Part shown: positions 12,610-25,199 of the stretch, piece by piece | Position numbering within the stretch: position 1 is the first letter of the stretch | How the letters are laid out: every line of letters begins with the position of its first letter | DNA from: Marsupella aquatica | Taxonomy: Eukaryota > Plantae > Marchantiophyta | DNA: 64,000 nt | Reading direction: 5' to 3' | Assembly: GCA_973895155.1 (NCBI GenBank) | Contig: OZ316896.1 | Span: 558,001-622,000 of the forward strand | Program-made: the position numbers and the translations under genes | Notes under the pieces: generated by a model | What the model was told of the DNA's origin: nothing | The model's input: only the letters and a program-made list of their open reading frames with translations | Databases searched by the model: none

Positions 12610-15364
12610 CTAGTCACCTTTCAGCTCGTCCTTTGGTACACACCCAACATGAAAAGGAGCTAACTCACCCTCTTTCTTAGGATTTTCTGATTTCACTGGT
12701 GCAGCCACAGCTTTGGGAAGTCTTAGGTGATGATAGAGGCGTACTAGGGGTGGCAGTAAGAGATCCGACGGTGAATCCAATGCAGTCATGCGCTTGCAGA
12801 CATTGCAGGGATCAGTAAACAAAGAACGATATGAGTATATCCAGTGCAAAAGATGTTCTAGAGCAGTCGCATGGAAATGCCGTCGAAAGAAATGTAATGC
12901 ATTTACACCTTGTTCCTGTGATGGGCAAGACGTAATTATCAGGTTCCACATTACTCAAGGCACGAACTCGGATTTTCAGGGACAAGCACAAGTTACCAAG
13001 CAAGCACCAAAGCGCAGTTTGAAGGTTCTGATTAGTAGATTTACTTCACGGTCAGAGACACAAGGTGCCAAGAATTTTCTAGCCAAAGAAATGAAAAATT
13101 GAGATGAATCCAATAACGGGGTTGGGACGAGTAGCTTACAGAAATTTTTTGGTGCAGTTTATGTTGAGATACACCCCAAGCATGCACATACCCTCCGAAC
13201 TGATTAAACAGTGAAACGGCCAAACAAGTTCAACATCTTCGGCGATCACAAATCCCTTGACAAAAAGCCTAGAAAGTACAAAAACATTGTACCAGATCTT
13301 AGAATTGTACGAAACATGTGAGGATTGTCTTACCTCATCCGGTGAGAAGACGGCGAGCGCATCTGGGTAAACGGATCCCATTGGATGCAACGAAATAATG
13401 GCCCTCAAAACACCCAATATCGTCACCTCCAAAACTGCGACCTTCTCATTGAGCTTTGGTGTGGACGTGGTGGCAGCAGCACCAGGTGGTGTTGGGGATG
13501 TTCCGGGTTCAAGTTTTACCGGACTGAGAGACTGAGAAGAAAGGGAAGCCAAGGCCTGACTCGGATCAGAAATGACTTTTGACAGATTCATCGATGAAGT
13601 TCGTTTCCCCCATTCCAGACGTACAAAAGGAGTGACGGCCATTCCTGGAGCATCAGATTGTATCGCCCTGAGCACATTGGCTAGTGAAGCATCGTCCAGT
13701 GCCTCTTCAATCCCTGCCCTGCCCCTCTTGGAACCATGATCATCGTCTCCAACAACAGAGAAGAAGCGTTTCTTCTGCTCACCAAATGCTTTCAGAGCCA
13801 ACCTGGTGGGCCAATCATCTGTCATCAGAGGTCCAGTGGAAAATGAATTGAAAGAGCATTTGAAAAGCAACTACACGGGGCAAAGAGTTGGGCATTAATC
13901 ACCTCGTTCGTTCAACTGCTGAGGCAGCAGCTTGCCCTGCGATTTGACGCTTCCAGGCATAAGGTGTTATTAGCCCATCGGGGCAAACAGACGGAGGTTG
14001 CAAGCCCCAAGGTTGATTATCTTCATATCTTTGTTGCGCTCCTCTCAAAATCCCTGAGCTTTCCAACTCTCTTCCTGTGAACCACAAGAAATCATGGCAC
14101 TATATATATAATTCTGCATCACGAAGCCAAAGCAGCCCATGCAGACAACCCAGACGAGGTAACGAAGCAATAGAGAGACCGGTTTTCCACAATTTCCGGA
14201 ACCGCGCCTCACGACACTCATAGCAGACGCCAATTCAAGAGATATGCGACTCCCCAGAACATTCACGACGCGAAGAAAGAGAACGGGATTGATCGGTGCA
14301 TTATTGCAAAGTACCGTGCAAATTTGGAAGAGAAGGAGAAAACAATAATAAGACTACTTGCCCTATTACAACAGGCACGAGGAGCAGATGGCCTCCCTCG
14401 CGCAATCACGCGTAGTGAATGAGAGAAATCAAGGAAAAGTCTAATTGAAGGACAAATTCAAACTGGTTCTACTGCAGGTTATAAGAAAGCGCAAGAATTC
14501 CCGTTCAGTACAATACCATGGAGCTTAGTACTAACGTCTTTCCCTGTCTGATGACAGTGAGTCAATTTTATGATAAGAAACTGCTCGATTAGGAGGCCAA
14601 CCCCTAAAAAAGAACAGACGTACTATAAATGGACCTCCCTACATTTTACGGAGAAAGGATTCACCCATCTCTGGCATTTGGCATTCCGGGCTGTGACTCT
14701 GTCAATCGCACTGCTTCCGGATCAAGTGAAAACAGTAATGCAACTGTGGAAAGAATAGAACCGAACCTACGGTTCGCAGCGCCTCAATGGACAGTTTTGT
14801 TGCCTCTGCTGCTGCGGCGAGGCCATTGGTCGTCTTTTCATCTGGCCCATCACCCGAAAGTCAAAAGTGCTACAGTTTCTCAAAATCGTCCCACATTTAA
14901 AACCCCGTCCAAAAAGATTTCTGGAGGGTACAAGAAGCATGAAAGCACACACATCACGAGAGGAAATTGAAAGACAGCGCTTCCATCAAATTCGAACCCT
15001 AACTTGTAGGCAGCAATTATAAAATAGCTGTTAGGGCCTGAATCTCACCAACATGCTCCCTCCCTCGCCTGACCACAGCAACTTCGAGGGCCTCCAAAAT
15101 AAGGTCAGCTCCCGATCGCACGTCTGCTATAAGGCGATGTGCTTGTCCCAGACCCTCCAAAGCCCTGGATAGTCTCTTAGGAGGAGCTTGTTGGTCCTCA
15201 TCGTGAGGTGCACGCGTGACGACCATGGAGGGCTTGAGAAGGTCGCTACTATTGATGACGCCTCCATCTATGCTATGATCCAAAGCACTGTTGAAAAGAG
15301 GGGAGGCCCGAGGACCGAGGAACCCAGTCGAAGGCGATGAGATAGCTGGGCTTTGATGCTGCAT
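12610..15364 (-). CDS. MED27: Mediator of RNA polymerase II transcription subunit 27 (~465 aa)
   Basis: Six phase-consistent exons: 15364-15049, 14841-14767, 14074-13903, 13802-13334, 13199-13140 and 12915-12610. Motifs include APPK..LIADVRSGADLILEA, PWGL..VCPDG..YAWKRQIAGQAAASAVERTRLALKAF, YVHAWG.S.H and the C-terminal CxxC..LLLPP..FHVGC zinc site. Confidence 0.92.
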
Positions 15365-17589
15365 CTCGTGCCCACTCCAACCCTCGAGCTGAGGAACTAC
15401 TGAAAGAAAAGCTAGTACAAAGGAGAGATAGGAGTTCGTGAAACAAGACTCAAGGCGCAGGGATTTGACTATCCATCGTAGCGCTCGGCAGTCTCATCAT
15501 AACGCTGATCCCGACCCCATCTCGATCAATGTGGCCTTTGGCAGACTGCGAAACTATCCACTGCCTCGCGATACCATTTACAATTGTCCCTAACAAAGGA
15601 CCTCCATCATTCGAACACCAATCTGAAAAAAACTGCATCCAATTGTCACAAGTCTCGGAATGAGAGGGGTTCAAATCCGAGGATTCTATACTATAAACAT
15701 CAAACACAATCCAAAATTTCAAATACAATAAGTAAACTGCGCATTCCCCTCATTCAGGCTTCTTCTCTGTTCTTCTCATCCTTGAAGGGTTTGGAGATCT
15801 TTCAATTTCCAACATCTAAACTTCCGAGCATACAAACAAGGGCTTTTCGAGGAATCCTAGACTGGAATTGTCTTGACGGCTACTGATGACATGATTGATT
15901 GGGGGGGTGCCGCTGACGCGGATTTTTCTGAGAAGTTACACATGTCTGAAGGTCTCTTACTGGACCCGTAGAGAGCCATGTTACTGATTGAACCGAAAAG
16001 CAAGTTTGACTGACGGAATCGCAATTTGAGCTGCAATCTAATTGAACAGAAAAATTCGCGTTGGACAACTACGAATTACTGATTTAAACTTAATCAATTC
16101 ATTGAACCGGGACAACTTAAGCTCCTGAAGAATTTAGAAAACTCCACTGAGCTTTCCCTAAGTGGACCTCGAACTACTTCCAAAGGTCAATGCGTGGATT
16201 TGACACGATCTTCAATCACAATTCCACTAACACCAATATACCTCTCAAGTTCCCGCATCGAGAGACAGGGAAAATGATGTATGCTGATTCTATGCACTTA
16301 TGTAGTGTGCAGAGGAAAAACTCAATTCAAAAGGTGGAGCCTCTACGTACAGCTAAATACAAAAGCGTCTCCCAACACAAAGCAAACTTGCACGAAAGAT
16401 TAACTGCATGGAAATTGAGAGGATTAAATCTAGCAGATTTAAACTATTGAAGCTAATAGTCCAGCACGATTCCAAGTCAATGAAGGACAAACAGATCTCT
16501 CCAGTTTGACCACTTCCTTTTGCCCCACGCGAATGCAAATTTCCTGCATGTAACACAGAGAGACGAAGAAACTAACCCCAGAATTTCTCTCCAATTCAGG
16601 CAACAGCGGCAGAATTGGAGAGGAATTTAGGGTTACAAATCACCTACTCAACAGGACGCCTTTTGTGCAGCTGAGTTTTGAGAGTGTAACGCTGGCCGCG
16701 GATAAGAGTTTCCATCCTCATCCCTGCCGAGTATACTCAGCGGCCGCGGCCTTACTTAACTCTGTATTTCGTTAACCCATTTTCAGGACACCATGCCTCA
16801 AGAAACCCAAGTTTTGCTCTCACAGGCACGCGAAAAACACGAGTTACCTCGTCTTCATGAAAAGGCATCCAAAATCTTCCTCTCACAAGGCTAGGGCATG
16901 CAAAAACCACGAACTGCCTCTTCTTCATGAAGAAAACATCCTAACTGTTGCTCGCACAAGACTAAGCGCATGCGAAAAACACGGATTACCTCTTCTTCAG
17001 GAAATTCCAGATCTTCGTTCGGTCTCCCATCCGTCTCCTAGTTGTAAGCGCTTGCCCGCACCTCGTCAATCAGCCTCGACAATCCAATTCCTTTTGCTCA
17101 ACAGCTTATCTTCGGCAGTATACACATTGGGCGCGTTTCTCACTCGCAACAATTGCACTGATCTGATAGTTCTCTCGCTCCTCCTGTCTGCAAAATGCGC
17201 TGAGAAAGTTGATTCTGAGTGTCCCTCTTCCTCGCCAATTGTTGGAATCGACCCAACATTGGAAGCACGAGACGAGGCACAGCACAGGGCACGAGGGTTT
17301 AGGATTTATGGGTACAATTCCAACACAACATTGGATCCATAGTCTCAATATGTAGAGAGTGTAGCGTGGAATAGAAAATCCTCCTTGGATTAATCATAAC
17401 GATGAACCTTCAAACTTTGATAAACCCAGTATTTTTTTAACACCCAAAACACTCACCATTATTTTATTTAAATATTTAAATATATATGATACACTACCTA
17501 TTAAGAACACAAATCAAAAAGCAGCAAACTTGCAGCCAGGAGGCCAAAATCCCAATAAAGGGAGAACACAAGAGGAACTCAAGCCCTAT

Positions 17590-18442
17590 TTATTTTTACC
17601 ACATCCACGCGTCTTCGGTTGGGTCTTCCTCACCCTTGCCTCTTGGGTCAGCCCACTTGCGTCTGTGGTGCGCCCCTTGATGGGCAAGGCATTCACATTC
17701 TCAGGTGCGGTCATGGTAGTGAGAGGACTGCGACACACGACGACATTCGGGACGTGGTGGCGGCCATTGCCCGTGATTCTGGTTACCATGTCATGATGGA
17801 GCAGAGACATGTGTTACCTCCACGGGATGGGGTTTCTGATCGCCGTCGTGCTGATTTGGTATTCTCTCGCGCTGGTGTTCGTGCCCTTGGGGATGTCGTT
17901 GTTGCTGATCCGACTAGTGGGGCCAACGTGGCTTCGGCGGCTCATATACCTGGCCATGCCGCCGCGAGAGCAGCTCGGCTGAAGGAGGAGGCCTATGTTG
18001 TGCGGTACCCCGGGGACCTCTTCTACCCGTTTGCCGTGGAGGTCTTTGGGGCGCTACACCCATCCTTTGACCGTTTTCTTCGCTCTTGCGCAGTTCAGTA
18101 CGTCGAGCGGAGGCCCTATCCCCCTGTGTCGGTCATCACTACATTCTTTAGACAGAGGGTGTCTGTTGCGCTTCAGCGGGCACAGGCGTTCACTATTCTT
18201 CGTAGGGGGGAGACTGTTGGTCTTAGGGCCGCTAGTAGGATTCCTTTGCTTGACCCCCCCATGCAGTTCACACCGGAGCTTTACCAGGCTCTCCAGTTTG
18301 CTGATAGGTAGGCGTTTGGGTTCCTGTCTTTGGGTTTGCTTTTCTTGGCCCCTTGGTGGTTTCCCCCCTTGATTGGGTCTTTTGCCTGTGGGATCATGTC
18401 TCCCGGTTCGGCGCCCTCTGTTTTTTGGCAGTTTGATATATA
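17590..18442 (+). mobile_element. 5'-truncated RLE-type (CRE-like) non-LTR retrotransposon: Zn knuckle, restriction-like endonuclease and 3' UTR
   Basis: The open frame 17619-18311 reads RLRLGLPHP, CxC..GxHxxxC (CCHC), HDxIRD, RRADLV..DVVVADP, K..Y and FYPFAVEVFG..RVSVALQRAQA. It is GC-rich and intronless, and ends at a short (TA)n. Confidence 0.85.
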
Positions 18443-20870
18443 TTGAGTAGCAATGAAAAGTCTTGTAAAACTCCAGAGTCATCAAGGGATATTTGTCTTG
18501 AGATGCATAAACCAACAGCTTCATCCCTCCCCTCCAAAGAATAGTGAATGTCTGAACCATGAACCATCTCTACTGCCACATACACCTGGTGTTTCAAAAA
18601 TGCAGTGAGGAACTAGGTGATAAGGCCTCCCCTCTTCACGGACGACCTCCAAAAAAATTATACAAAAGAAAGTGTTATCCGAATAAGTAACAGGAGAAAA
18701 AGTGATCCAAAACACTCACCATTTACACAAATCATAACCATTAACCTTGGAACTTTTAACACCCAAACACTCACCAGTTCTACAACTCTGTGAAAGTTAT
18801 ATGCGCTTTCCAGTATGAGTTGTATCATGGTTCAGACATTCTCAGATATGTGCATGAGATCATACTGCCGTTAGAATTGGCGCAGTAATAAAAGCTATGA
18901 GCACATAGCACATTGGAAGCACATTGCTAAGGGCTTTGTTAGCTGCAGTTAATGACCCTTAGAACAATGTATAGTCAGATCTGGACCATTGATTTTGGCA
19001 AATAATCAATACAAAAAAATTACAATCTCTGTGTAGCATTCACAAGCCGGTTCACCTGGTAGCAAATGTGCAAAAATTCACACTGGAAGGAAACACTGCA
19101 CTGAAGGATTTACAAAGAATGTTTGTGCAGAATCATTATGTCCACCCAAGGTGGTACCCATCTCAAACTGTAGAAGTCAAACTCAAAACGCAGTGTTGAA
19201 TTTGACAATTAACTGCAGTTCACAAAACCCTCCGTTTCCTTTGGAGTTACCATATCACAGGTCCTCTGATGAATGAGGTCACATCACAATGACATAGTTA
19301 GATATTCATTTGTTTGGTTTATGCTTGGTAACCCAACCTTTCGTGGGCACCATGCTTTGGGATTAAAGCCCATAAGAGCAATTCGTGCATGCTCCTATCA
19401 CAAAAACCCTCCCAAACAAAAATTGTCATGCACCAGTGGTTGTCATTCAGGCACGCTTCTGTCACAAAGCACACAACGGTTGCAACATGGATTAGCAGTC
19501 AACTTGGTGTGTCATGAGGTCATGTGCCAGTGCGACCAGCGCTATGCAGGCAAGCCTGGGAAGATTTCTTTCCTGCCCGCCAAAAATGGTTGATTTGCCT
19601 ATCTGCATTCCTCCCCTGACCAATCTTGAGAACATAGGATACCAGGAACCCATGCAACAGAAACGTTGATGCTCCAGAAAAACTAATCGCCAGGCAGGCT
19701 CTGATATAGGGTAGTGCAGATGCTCTAGTAGGGCGTCTCAAATACACCCATTTTTCTGCTTTGAGTGCGCCCGGGCTTGTTGTGGTTTGGGATAACAATC
19801 ATGATTGATCCGGCACCAATAATGAGATCCAACTAGTCACGCATGGGACCGTAAGAGGCCCCGATTTCACAGTAAACACTACCATTCAATGTTGCATGAG
19901 GCCACTCATTTGTCCGTACCCCAAAAAATAATTGTTCGGTTGTACCTTGTTACCTTGCTCCCGACTGCCTCCCCCCTCCCATGAGGTGCCTGTTTTTGTA
20001 TACATGTGAGACATCCTATTAAGGGTAACTTATGTTGTCCATGACCCAAACCCTAAAACCCCCAAATCCATCTCAATGAGGATATCTAAACCCTAAAATA
20101 CACCTCACCGACAACAAACCCCAAATCACCTTTGGGGTTTGGTGTGTACTTTTCTTTCAGGCTCGAGGCTGCTATGTCGATCTTTCCTGTGAGCTTGGAT
20201 CCCATTCTCCTCTTCTCGTCACATTGTCTCAGGGGAGCCAAGAATGGGCCTTCAACTGTAATGTAGTGCTGGGGTTTAGGGTTTAGCTTTGCGATGACCA
20301 GAGAGACAAGCTATTGCTTGATCGCCTAATGGAAGATGGTCAAGCGCTCACGTAAGGTGCGGGTGAGAAGGAGAAGATGACGATGAAGAATTCGATTCGG
20401 AGGTATAGACGATGGACTTCCGTTCATCCTCCGCACGGTGCGTTCTGGGGTTTAGGGGTGGGGTTGGGTACGTTGTTGTGTGGGGACTAGGTTTCGGTCC
20501 TGGGGCCGTGTGTTTTGTAGGATCCGGATTCGTTGTGGGATTCAGTGTTGAGGTTACGTTGATAGGCATCGGCATTGGCACCTGTCTGTCCTGGAATGGT
20601 GTGCTGCTCTCACTCCCCTTTAGAGATTGAGTTCCGCCACCTCTTACTATTCCCTCAATCTTCACACTTGGGTCAATCTATCAGAAGACAGGTCACTTGA
20701 TCAGCCTACTTCTCTGTTCTTGTCGGTTCCTCCGCTGCGATTCCAGTTTGTGTGCTTCTTGTGTATCAAAGTATGAGCTTAGGAAGTAGCTAGTAATTTG
20801 CAGTATTAAGAGCTGCTATAACTTGTGAAGTTGTATTTATCTTGTTTGTGATCTTCAGCCGTGATCGAGA

Positions 20871-20959
20871 CTGGCAAGGGAGCTTCTAATGCCACTTCAA
20901 GCTTTGTTTTACCAACCTTGGTCTACATTGTTTGAAGTGGCATTAGAAGCTCTTATCAG
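20871..20959 (+). ncRNA. Candidate pre-miRNA-like hairpin (strand uncertain)
   Basis: Perfect 21-bp inverted repeat GAGCTTCTAATGCCACTTCAA (20880-20900) / TTGAAGTGGCATTAGAAGCTC (20932-20952). G:U pairs extend the stem on the + strand, with a loop of about 27 nt. Confidence 0.45.
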
Positions 20960-21544
20960 GGCACTGCGTCTGACGGAGGCATCCAAACTCGTAACTCAAC
21001 TGCCGAGGAGTAAGAACTCCATACTGGAATCTCGGAAAAGGGTTTTGCGAATAATATAGGATGCCCAGAACAAGGCTGTGACTCGTGACGATCTTGTGCT
21101 TCAAATGCGGGCTCTACATTCCAATCAAAAATTTGAGTACCCGCCCAGGGCGCTGTCTCATCCTTTCCTCGTCCCGGAAGAACTCCTGGTAGTAGAGACT
21201 TGTCACCTGCCAGTAAGGCCATGCAGTCACGAAGTCCGTCAGAGGAACCAAAGGAGAACAAGTGATGCTTCAGTGGTGATTCAAAGTATTCTCATAGTTG
21301 GTCGTTTGTCAAGATTTTGCATCTTTATAGTTTTCATCTTCGTGAAAGCATTTTTGGGTCAATCACCGGCATCATTGTAAAGAAGTGGGACAGATGACCT
21401 GCCTCGGACGAAGCTGAAGTTGACAGCTTCAGGGACTGTTGAACAGCTACCTGGTCTTTTTTAATCTCTGTCATGCAGGTGATGTCGCGGTAGATAGACA
21501 ACATTGATCTGTGTCATTGGCAGTGGGAGGAGATAACCAATTTT

Positions 21545-22110
21545 GGTTGTTATCTGATTGAAAACATTTCCAAACAACTTCTGCTATGTGCACTTAAAAA
21601 AGCAGCATGGCTTTGACTCTCACGAGCCGTGCTGAAGAAATAGTGCCAAATTAAATTGGGGCACCATATCTACGGGTTAGCTTCGATACTACCTCAATGA
21701 TTTGGATGTACCTACAGTCTATCGGAATAAATACAAGATGTCGTTCATATCGAATCCGTAAATCACTTGTCCTTGTTGCTCTCCCATGTCCAAATTACCC
21801 AACTCATTGGGGAACAACTGTGGGGACGAAAAGGAGGACGTAGATACGAAATGAGTTATGATTTGGAGGAGGAGAAACCAAGGTTGCTCAGCATCTGATT
21901 GGCAAGCATTTCCAAACAGCTTCTGTTTTATACGCACTTAAAAAAGCAGCATGGCTTTGACTCTCACGAGCAGTGCTGAAGAAATAGTGCCAAATTAAAT
22001 TGGGGCACCATATCTACGGGTTAGTTTCGATACTGCCTCTGTGATTCGGATGTCCCTACAGTCTGTCGGAATATGTACTAGATGTCGTTGATATCGGATT
22101 CATAATTTAC
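21545..22110 (+). repeat. Diverged direct duplication (~340-bp period) containing a decayed C2H2 zinc-finger-like frame
   Basis: CACTTAAAAAAGCAGCATGGCTTTGACTCTCACGAG...GGGGCACCATATCTACGGGTTAG occurs near 21591 and near 21935. Confidence 0.8.
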
Positions 22111-22399
22111 GTTGTGTCCGAATTCCCCAACTGATTTGGGTAAAACCGTGGTACCGGAAGAAGGATACAATAAATTCTAGACAGAAGTCATCGTCCTGTA
22201 CTGTTGACCAGCGTTTTTTTTAGGGTCCAAAGTTCGCCAAATTCCACCTCCCCAAAAAGCTTTCGCCACTTTTAGCTAAAATTCGCTTGTATTTTTCTCC
22301 CTCGTTAGCTAGTGTCCCACCTAATCACAGGCCCCTTTAGGCTTTAGGCTGAATCTAGGGGTCTGGTGAACAATCACATAAGGAATGTTTTGAGCATCT

Positions 22400-22660
22400 T
22401 TTCCTTCACACACTGAACATTGGCCACTATGGGAAAGGGAGATGTGAGGGTCACGAGAACAATCAAATAGAGAATACTTTGAGCATCTTCTCCTTCCCAC
22501 ACTGAACATTGGCCACTCTCGGGAAAAAGCAAACATTCACCACTCTGGTGAACAAGCAAAACCCTTAAGAAATATGCAACAATCAAATAAGGAATATTTT
22601 GAGACGCTTGTCTTTCACACACTGAACATTAGCCACTCTGGTGAATGAGCAAAACCCTTA
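22400..22660. repeat. Repeated motif CACACTGAACATTRGCCACT, 3 copies, probably from a DNA-transposon remnant
   Basis: Copies lie near 22408, 22497 and 22617. A related motif occurs in reverse orientation at ~9745-9780. Confidence 0.5.
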
Positions 22661-25199
22661 TGAGATACGCTGGTGTTGACCCATGTTCCACTTTATCAAA
22701 AAGCTCACGGCGTTCTGTTGTCCTCACAGTAACTCAGGATGGCAAGAGTGGCCCTTTACAGGGAGATGTCCCTTTAATCACAAAATCTGGAATCCATCTC
22801 ATCTAGCTTCTTCAACTTGGTTTCCTATCCAGTAGCACTCATATGGGAAGAATTCCCTTCGAATGTAAAAGCATACTTTGACCATCAAAGTGATCTGGTA
22901 TTCAAGAAATACATCTCCTTGCATTACGTAAAAGTTTAAGTTAAGTATCCAAATTCTCTGTTACTAAAGAAGTCATGCCCATTTCCCTCTATGAAAAGTA
23001 ACTTAAATATCAAAATTTTCTGCTGCTAGATATTATGGCGTATGGCTTCACTTTATGGACAAGGTCATGTTCCATATACCAAGACTGCCCCTCCCTATTC
23101 GTAAGTTCACTCGATGGAGTACAGTCTGTGGGTTAGGTCATGAATGGCAGCATAGTCTAAACACTAAAAAAATGGTCACAAAGGGATTATGGTCTAAGAT
23201 TTCACTCTATTGAGTACACTCTATGTAGAAGGTCATGACTGGCAGACTTCCGCACCAAATTATAGTCTAAATATCCTAAATGGACCAGATATTTAGGCAG
23301 ATTCTCTACCAGGTTCAATCCCGGATTATATTGTGGATCTCCTAAATGGACCAGGCAGTTAGGCCTTACCTCCCAGGTTATATGAACATTGTTTAGAACC
23401 AAACAGGCCTCTTGATGCAAGTATTTTGCTCACATGTGGCCACATGGTTGATTGTGGAGTCCTCCATATCTGCTTATGATCTAGTATTGTCATCTTTAGT
23501 TTTTCTTGTGTTCAATGGTATTTATGATTAAAATGCTTGTTAGGAGCTTGTTTCAATATTTTTCAAAAGCCAAACATTACAATATTGAAGTCCTCTGTCC
23601 TCCTGCACTCATTTATTTTCTTGTCACTTATTTAGCCTCCCATTCATTCGCTTGAAATGTGTACCATATACTATCTTGAACGATCACAAGTGCATACATA
23701 AACCATGTATCAATATAGTACAGTTCTATGTATAGTACGTTTTCATCCTGCATTCTCATTATTTAATCTCCATGTGTTTAGCCTCCTGTTCATTGACTTG
23801 AAATATGTACAAATACTTGTCTTGAACGATCATGTCTGCATAAATCAACCATGTCTTTTGAAAAAACAGAATGTCAATCCAGGATGGACTTTATGAGTAC
23901 CACTGTTGTTGTAGTGTGTGTTATATTGCATTGGAGACAAGGATGCCTGCAAACTTCTCACTGTTGTCCTAAAGAAATGGCTTGCCTATAATCTGATTCA
24001 TGACCTTGCAATGCTAGTGCAACATACACTACTATCAAAACTGAATTCTCAAGGAAGCGATGAAGGGCCTCATGTCTATCATCGAAAAGCACTTTATGAA
24101 GACAAATAAGTGACAAGGAAGGCAATACTTTTGAACCCCCAGTTCCCATATAAAGTACTCCAGGTAACCGGTAGCCTCATTCCACATGCAGTACAATCGT
24201 GTATACCAAAGAGCATGTTGTATATTGGGAAAAAAAATTAGTAACAGTGTCGTCTCTTAGTTTCACCATAGTGGCAGTCTATAGCTCAAAATGTAAATCC
24301 CCATTGACATCTTTGTTCATCATGTCCTACTTACCAAAAATCATCTATCAGGTTCAAGGGTCCTATGATGGGAAGTGAGTGGGAGAGCCTCTAGGATAGG
24401 TCTGCTCATCTAAGCAAAATCCTCTTAAAATCTAAGCAGAATCAATTTTGGAGAGATTGCAATGTATAGTGTTTTATGTCACAGTTTGTGTGCACAAGAA
24501 ACCTAACATTGTTTCTGTTCATAAATATCAACGAGTTGCAAAATATATAGTTTAATTAGTGATTTAAGTTTGTAGTATTGGGTTTGCAGACTTGAGTTCT
24601 TGATGTGATTTGTATAATCATTTGAATTATACAAGAGGAAGGATTCAATCCACAAGTGAACTAACTCTAAATAGTAGATTTGTTAGAAACAAACTAAGCT
24701 GAAAGTCCAAAAGTGAACTGTGGTTGCTGTTACTTGTCAAGCAATCAGGATGCTCAATCTTTAAAACATGTGTTTTGTTGCAATATGTAGCTCATGGAAT
24801 GAGTTAAGATTTCAAATTGATGTTGAGCTGCAAGTAAAGTTGCAAAATGGCAGCCATGGCAATTCCAATTGTACAATGTGGCTACTAGTCTTAGTAGCAA
24901 TTTACCAGTTTGAGAGATTTCTTCAGTGAGGCTTCACTATTATTGAAATAAATCAATGAAGTGTCACTCAATGTATATGACTGCAGGATTTGAGTCAAAA
25001 CTGTTGTTATAATTACAAATGATCATTTCCTTCTCAAATAACCCTTCTCAAGTTATTTTTCCGACCCATTTGTGGATGGGCTGCAGGTCGCATTCAGCTC
25101 ATTAAGTTGAGACGTCAATCTTTCATGCTTAAATTTGAGGATGCAACTTTGTGTTGTAGGACCAACATGAACATATTTGTACCGGTCTTCATGAAACTT

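Noticed and set aside
15640-15690. B-box-like GGTTCAAATCC
   Set aside because: No matching A-box or tRNA stems.
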